A DNA stretch of 64,000 nt from Rhodosorus marinus CCMP1338 (taxonomy: Eukaryota > Plantae > Rhodophyta), in NCBI GenBank assembly GCA_029953675.1, contig JAMWBK010000011.1, forward strand, positions 682,001 through 746,000, written 5' to 3'. The notes beneath the pieces were generated by a model. The model was given only the letters and a program-made list of their open reading frames with translations. It was not told the origin of the DNA and did not search any database. The position numbers and the translations under genes were made by a program. Below, piece by piece: positions 59,500 through 64,000 of this stretch (position 1 is the stretch's first letter; each line of letters starts with the position of its first letter).

Positions 59500-59953
59500 A
59501 GTCTGTGAAGACTGTTCTCCGGGCCCGTACTGCCAGTTGCTTCCGTAGCTACCAATCGAGTCATCCCGGAATCCTGCTGAGTTCTTCGCCGAGGTTTCCT
59601 AAGTGCTCCAGGTGGCTCGCAGACAGTCTCTTGTACTGGTAATTTCTTCACACTTCCTCAAGTGACCCTAGCCTTCTAGGACAGGAGCAAGACCCCTGGC
59701 CACGGTCTGAAGCAACAGAATACAACTCCATTCCCCTCAAGAAAGAACGCAAATTATTAAACGTGCCGCCCGGCAAGTTGATATATATAGGATCACCACT
59801 CTCTAAAATTATGAAACTTGATGGGAAGGTCCAGTACACAGAACACCGTGAAAGTCCCAAATTCAAGTTCCGTCTCAGAATGAGTTCAAATTTAGCTCCG
59901 CACGTGTCTTTCTGAAGTGCAAGTGAGAGAAACTGCTCCAGATTTCCGTACAA
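59500..59953 (-). pseudogene. Possible decayed family copy convergent on ZF6
   Basis: YSVASDRGQGSCSCPRRL resembles CSFCSLRTSCCKCPSTL, and the later GSNWQYGPG resembles EGRWVYESG. Confidence 0.28.
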
Positions 59954-60100
59954 TAGAGTTGTGTTTGTTCAGATTTAGGTCACGTTGGCAAAGGGGAGGG
60001 TGTGAGCTTTGAAAATTAACACGTACATTTTACGCGTCTCCCCTAATTTTTAGTGATGGATTCTGGCAATCAATTTCACCCCAGACTAAGCTTAGGGGGT

Positions 60101-60476
60101 GTTGATGAGCCAGCCCTCCCGAGCACTTCAACTAGTGAGGCTATGTGTTGCTAGCGAGTGCAGACAAAAGAACTCTCGCTGGATTCGGGCGATCGCTGCT
60201 TGCTGTTATTCGAGTGTGCGCAACTCGACAACAGCTCAAATCATTGTGCAGCAAGAAAAAAAGGAGTTCGCTGGTAGAGTGGTAAGAGTGGTTGATGAGC
60301 CAGCCCTCCCGAGCACTTCAACTAGTGAGGCTATGTGTTGCTAGCGAGTGCAGACAAAAGAACTCTCGCTGGATTCGGGCGATCGCTGCTTGCTGTTATT
60401 CGAGTGTGCGCAACTCGACAACAGCTCAAATCATTGTGCAGCAAGAAAAAAAAGAGTTCGCTGGTAGAGTGGTAAG
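60101..60476. repeat. 186-bp duplication at 190-bp period (1 mismatch)
   Basis: gttgatgagccagccctccc...gagtggtaag at 60101-60286 and 60291-60476. Confidence 0.97.
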
Positions 60477-60489
60477 CAGTTCGGACTCC

Positions 60490-60923
60490 AAGCTATCTTT
60501 TTAAGATTTGCCCACAATTTACCGTAAACAATCTCTCGAGGAAGTGTGCTTTGATGATTGTTCTTCCATAGCAACAGTGTATGCACAATTCTCGTTCGAT
60601 ACATGCGCATAACCAATCAAGTAGAATGCCAAACTGGGATCCGGCGAAGTGTTTTTTCACAGCATAGAGATCACGATACATCGTCACGCCCCAAGCGCTG
60701 TGAGCACACCTCGCTGAACATCGCAGCAAAGCAGATAGCGCTTGAATTCCATATGAAGCGACAACTCATCCCCTCGCATTCGCGATGGTACAAAAGGAGC
60801 CAATCCCAGAACTCCCCATACGCGCAGAGCACAACCTAGGTAAATTCCATCTTGTACAAACCGCCTCTTTTCACTTGAGTCCAGTGTAAGCCCGCCTTTG
60901 CTCTCCATGCTCGTGTCCACCAC
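60490..60923 (-). pseudogene. Decayed copy of the ZF1-type N-terminal domain
   Basis: TLDSSEKRRFVQ versus PLDSVERTRFVK in ZF1, and DELSLHMEFKR versus NDLACVSVRVER. Confidence 0.42.
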
Positions 60924-61169
60924 AACATAATCCTATGCATCAACCTCGGGAAACACACTTAGCTCCAGGAACAAAAAGCTACCCATTTACCGGTCTCGCC
61001 ATGGGTCCCCTTGACTTTCCTTATCCGATTGTCCAAAAAGAATTTCCTGTCGTAGGCTTACGCTTTCAGCTCCCTCTCGAATTCAGCTTCCGATCCAGCA
61101 ACCACACAAGGCAAGGATGCTGTGCGGTCTCAAACAACATCCACGAAAGCATAAGGTACACAGGAAAAA

Positions 61170-61292
61170 AATAAAAGAAGGACAGCCTGTTCCACAGAAT
61201 CTTTTTCTTATAAAAATCTAAGGGACAGTCTGGCCGTCGAGAACTTGGTTTTATCTAAAAATATTAATGATATCAATTGCATGTCCCAATTG
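61170..61292. repeat. GGGAC/GTCCC-family element with a near-palindrome GACAGCCTGTTC
   Basis: 61267-61292 is the reverse complement of 12752-12777 (core TGGGACATNCAATTGAT); GACAGCCTGT at 61181. Confidence 0.5.
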
Positions 61293-61825
61293 AATCTTCG
61301 TTCGGAGTGGAAGCCTTATTTGGATACAGCGCGCTAAGCGCCGATCATCAAAAATCTAAAAATAGTTGTTTTTGTTTCTTTAGAGCTTATGATTGGTGGT
61401 TTGCACAGTAAGCAAACGGTTGGGGAGATCTTGTGGGACGATGCTACGAGTTATTTTTGGAAACCACCGTCCGTGGAGAAGTTGTTTTTCGTTTAATTTA
61501 AGCAGTACTTGAAAGGGGTTTTTGCGGTGGTGGATCGCAACCGGCCTCACGACGTGGGTGATCGACTCGGTTTCCATCGGTCCCTAAGCAGCGTGAGGCG
61601 TGAGCGTAGCTTACTTGGATTCAAATTATGATCACTCCTTTATCTCATTGCCGGAGCTTACAGCGGATTGCACGACCTGAATTCGGCTGGAGAGCCTGGG
61701 TTGTAACGATAGTGCCACAATGGATATAAAACTCTTGAGCCGGTCTCGCATCCTTTCTTCTTTGGCTGGGGACTGTAGGAGCTCGGAAGGTACTGTTAGA
61801 GTGGGGTTCTTGACGGTATATCTAC

Positions 61826-62371
61826 GTGCGACTAGTCTTCATCCTGGAGAAGCAAAGCGACATACTGGCCCTGGCTTTCTGGGAGTCAGGACTGTTTGGG
61901 CAAAGAGGTGGATATGAGCCGAACGGCTTACTGGAACAGGAGTTGTTGATGGGAGAATTTGTTCCGGAAGAGAACTCTGAGTCCTGTCTTTCGCCGAGTA
62001 CAGAAGGCACACTCTCGGCTAGAGATTTGCTGAATGACATCGCTACTGCATCCCAGTGGCCGAGCATAAGCGAGCTCGATGAGAAAGGTTCTCAAGGAGC
62101 AAGGCAGAAAATGAAGAAAGCCCACAAGTGTCGGTTCTGTGAGAGCGAGTTCACGCAGAGCGGCCATCGGAATGAACACGAGGGCAGATTCCACTTAAAC
62201 TTGGGGCACAAGTGTGATATCTGTCAGCAGACATTTGGGATGAGATCAAAGCTGCACAGACATCTTCGAAACGTTCATATTCAGGAGAAGAGGTTTGAGT
62301 GCCACTGCGGAAAGCGATTTAACGAGAAGTATCACCTGAACCGGCACATGAAGATACACAAAGATACATGA
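61826..62371 (+). CDS. ZF7: three-finger C2H2 ORF with truncated, decayed N-domain (first ATG 61949)
   Basis: CRFC..QSGHRNEH, CDIC..MRSKLHRH, CHC..EKYHLNRH. The ORF opens at GTG with VRLVFIL, resembling MRYVVV. Confidence 0.75.
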   Translation: MRLVFILEKQSDILALAFWESGLFGQRGGYEPNGLLEQELLMGEFVPEENSESCLSPSTEGTLSARDLLNDIATASQWPSISELDEKGSQGARQKMKKAHKCRFCESEFTQSGHRNEHEGRFHLNLGHKCDICQQTFGMRSKLHRHLRNVHIQEKRFECHCGKRFNEKYHLNRHMKIHKDT

Positions 62372-62599
62372 CTTTGCGCCATTCCGCAGGTGCTTTTTTG
62401 AGGATCAATATTTAATATCAATAAACTTAGCTTAATCATCGTATCACCAGTTAAGTTTCAATGTTGCCGCGTGTATCCGAGCAACCGGTAAACTTTGCCG
62501 TTTGTAGTCAGGTAGTCCCGTCCTTTCTATGTCGTTGTAATTCTTCTAAAGGGTGGTGGTTTACTAACATAGCCTTAAGTGCTACGCACTGCGGAAAGG

Positions 62600-63440
62600 G
62601 AACTACGCGCTAGGGCCAAAAGCATGCAAGCCCTGTCGGCCAAAAGAAAGGAGCAATCGCGTCCAGTGACCATTTGTAAAATCAATCATGCCTTCAGAAT
62701 AGCCGTGAACAGATGCCCGACAAAGCACCAACACACGTTCGTGAAGCGACGAAGGAGGTTTCCTTTTGCAAGAGTGCTTTATCATCATCACAAGGCAACG
62801 ATACAGCCTTTTCTACGAGGTTGAGAGCTCTCACTGTCATGCTATTCAAAGAAGTTTTCTGTTTTCGACTACTGTCCTTCATCCGAGGTCGGTAATAAAA
62901 TTGACTCGCTCCGGATCCTGTTGGGCCCCACTGGAAGTCGAGAAATGGAGAAATGGTGACGTCGCGGCATATATCCACTCATTTTTCCTGTTAAAATTTA
63001 AAGCTCGACAAAAATCAGTGTCAGGGAAGAATGGCAATGATATGTTCTTTGAGACGGAAAATTTCAAATACTTTACAAAGCGGTAGGAATCGGTTGTATT
63101 TTCTGAGGAAGTCCGAAATGCACCCTATGGCGTTTGGTTCAGGTTGAGATTTGGAGTCCTCAAGTTTAGTAGAGCTGCTCATGTCAAACGATAGCAGCAC
63201 GCTCTGACATTGAGGTTCCGGAGGTTCCGGATCCAACAACGCATGTGAAGAAAGGCCGATGGATGATGTGATCTTCCAACTTTCATAGAGGGGGCGGTGG
63301 GGGGAGGAAGGGGAGTTTCTCACTACAGGTTTCAACTGAGACAAACGACTTGGAGTCATTTCAGAAGCAATCAACCTTCTTCCCACCAGCGCAGAAGCGA
63401 AATATTTTGTTGACAAGACCCACTTCAGTGAGCGATTCAA
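62600..63440 (-). pseudogene. Decayed finger-less family copy convergent on ZF7
   Basis: LLQKETSFVASRTC resembles VLEQSTFELQRTC, DFTNGHWTRLLLSF (62663-62686 region) resembles DYLDGVWNAFILFW, and SW..HALLDPEP..SVLLSF resembles the ZF3 N-terminus. Confidence 0.42.
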
Positions 63441-63613
63441 TTACAAGGCGATAGTATAAAATGCAGATAGGAACCCGTCGAAATGTGCTTCGTTTAAAGG
63501 ACCCATATAAGTGAGAGTGACAGACAATTCGATCGTGGACAAGCAGATGGGAACCCGTAGACCTGCTTTTACATTTGATTGATTACTCGCCAGAAAAAAG
63601 CTGGAATTTTATG

Positions 63614-63624
63614 GACAGGCTGTC
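63614..63624. promoter_or_regulatory. GACAG-N-CTGTC palindrome
   Basis: GACAGGCTGTC about 170 bp upstream of the 63440 relic. Confidence 0.5.
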
Positions 63625-64000
63625 AGATTTAATTTTTTTGGTGGAAATATTTTGAAAGGTTACATCATCGTTTTCGACCGCTGAAACGGAAAAGTCAAAC
63701 AATATGAGAACTAGGCTGAGATTCAAGGTTTTTATTGGTCGGATGTAGAATGGGCGATCCTAGGAACCTTGGGGGAGCGATTCTCAAAAGCCTGTTTTTG
63801 TTGAGCAATCCGTGTGTCTCGCCTGCGTGGCACTAGTACTGGATGGGTTGAATATACCCGTAACTTCAGTTTCAACTACACCCTGCACAGGGACATTCTC
63901 CACAGGCGGAGGTTGGCGTAGAAACTGTTGAGTTTGACGCTCTACACAACACCCACACCAGCTCCAAAAAAAATAAACACCTTGCCACCACCAACAGTTC

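Noticed and set aside
4896-60476. Direct repeats as possible CRISPR arrays or prokaryotic elements
   Set aside because: Only two-copy duplications without spacers, no cas genes, and the DNA is intron-containing eukaryotic sequence.

Overview
Eukaryotic nuclear DNA with short GT-AG spliceosomal introns (about 58-150 nt, CTRAC-type branch points) and AT-rich spacers. A red alga is my best guess, inferred only from the gene mix (PTEN-type formin, Cho2-type PEMT, SETD3); this is not established. Recognisable genes: a secreted metallo-beta-lactamase-fold protein, Pol I subunit RPA43, a PTEN/C2-FH2 formin, mitoribosomal mL54, Cho2/Pem1-type PE methyltransferase, an intron-containing tRNA-Tyr(GUA), Rab geranylgeranyltransferase alpha, SETD3 and a homocitrate synthase. 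From 34.6 kb onward there is a cluster of intronless C2H2 zinc-finger genes sharing a roughly 250-aa N-terminal domain I cannot assign to a known family. Broken, finger-less copies of that domain appear to be scattered through the whole window (about 10, by-eye motif matches only). Between 45 and 63.5 kb they alternate with the finger genes as convergent pairs at a 3.5-4.6 kb period. Intergenic DNA carries several dispersed repeat families (a TCCGATA/hairpin element, a GACAG-N-CTGTC palindrome, GGGAC/GTCCC clusters, CCAAT arrays), a diverged direct repeat flanking the tRNA, and four recent 60-190 bp tandem duplications. All exon boundaries and alignments were done by eye; no database search was run.
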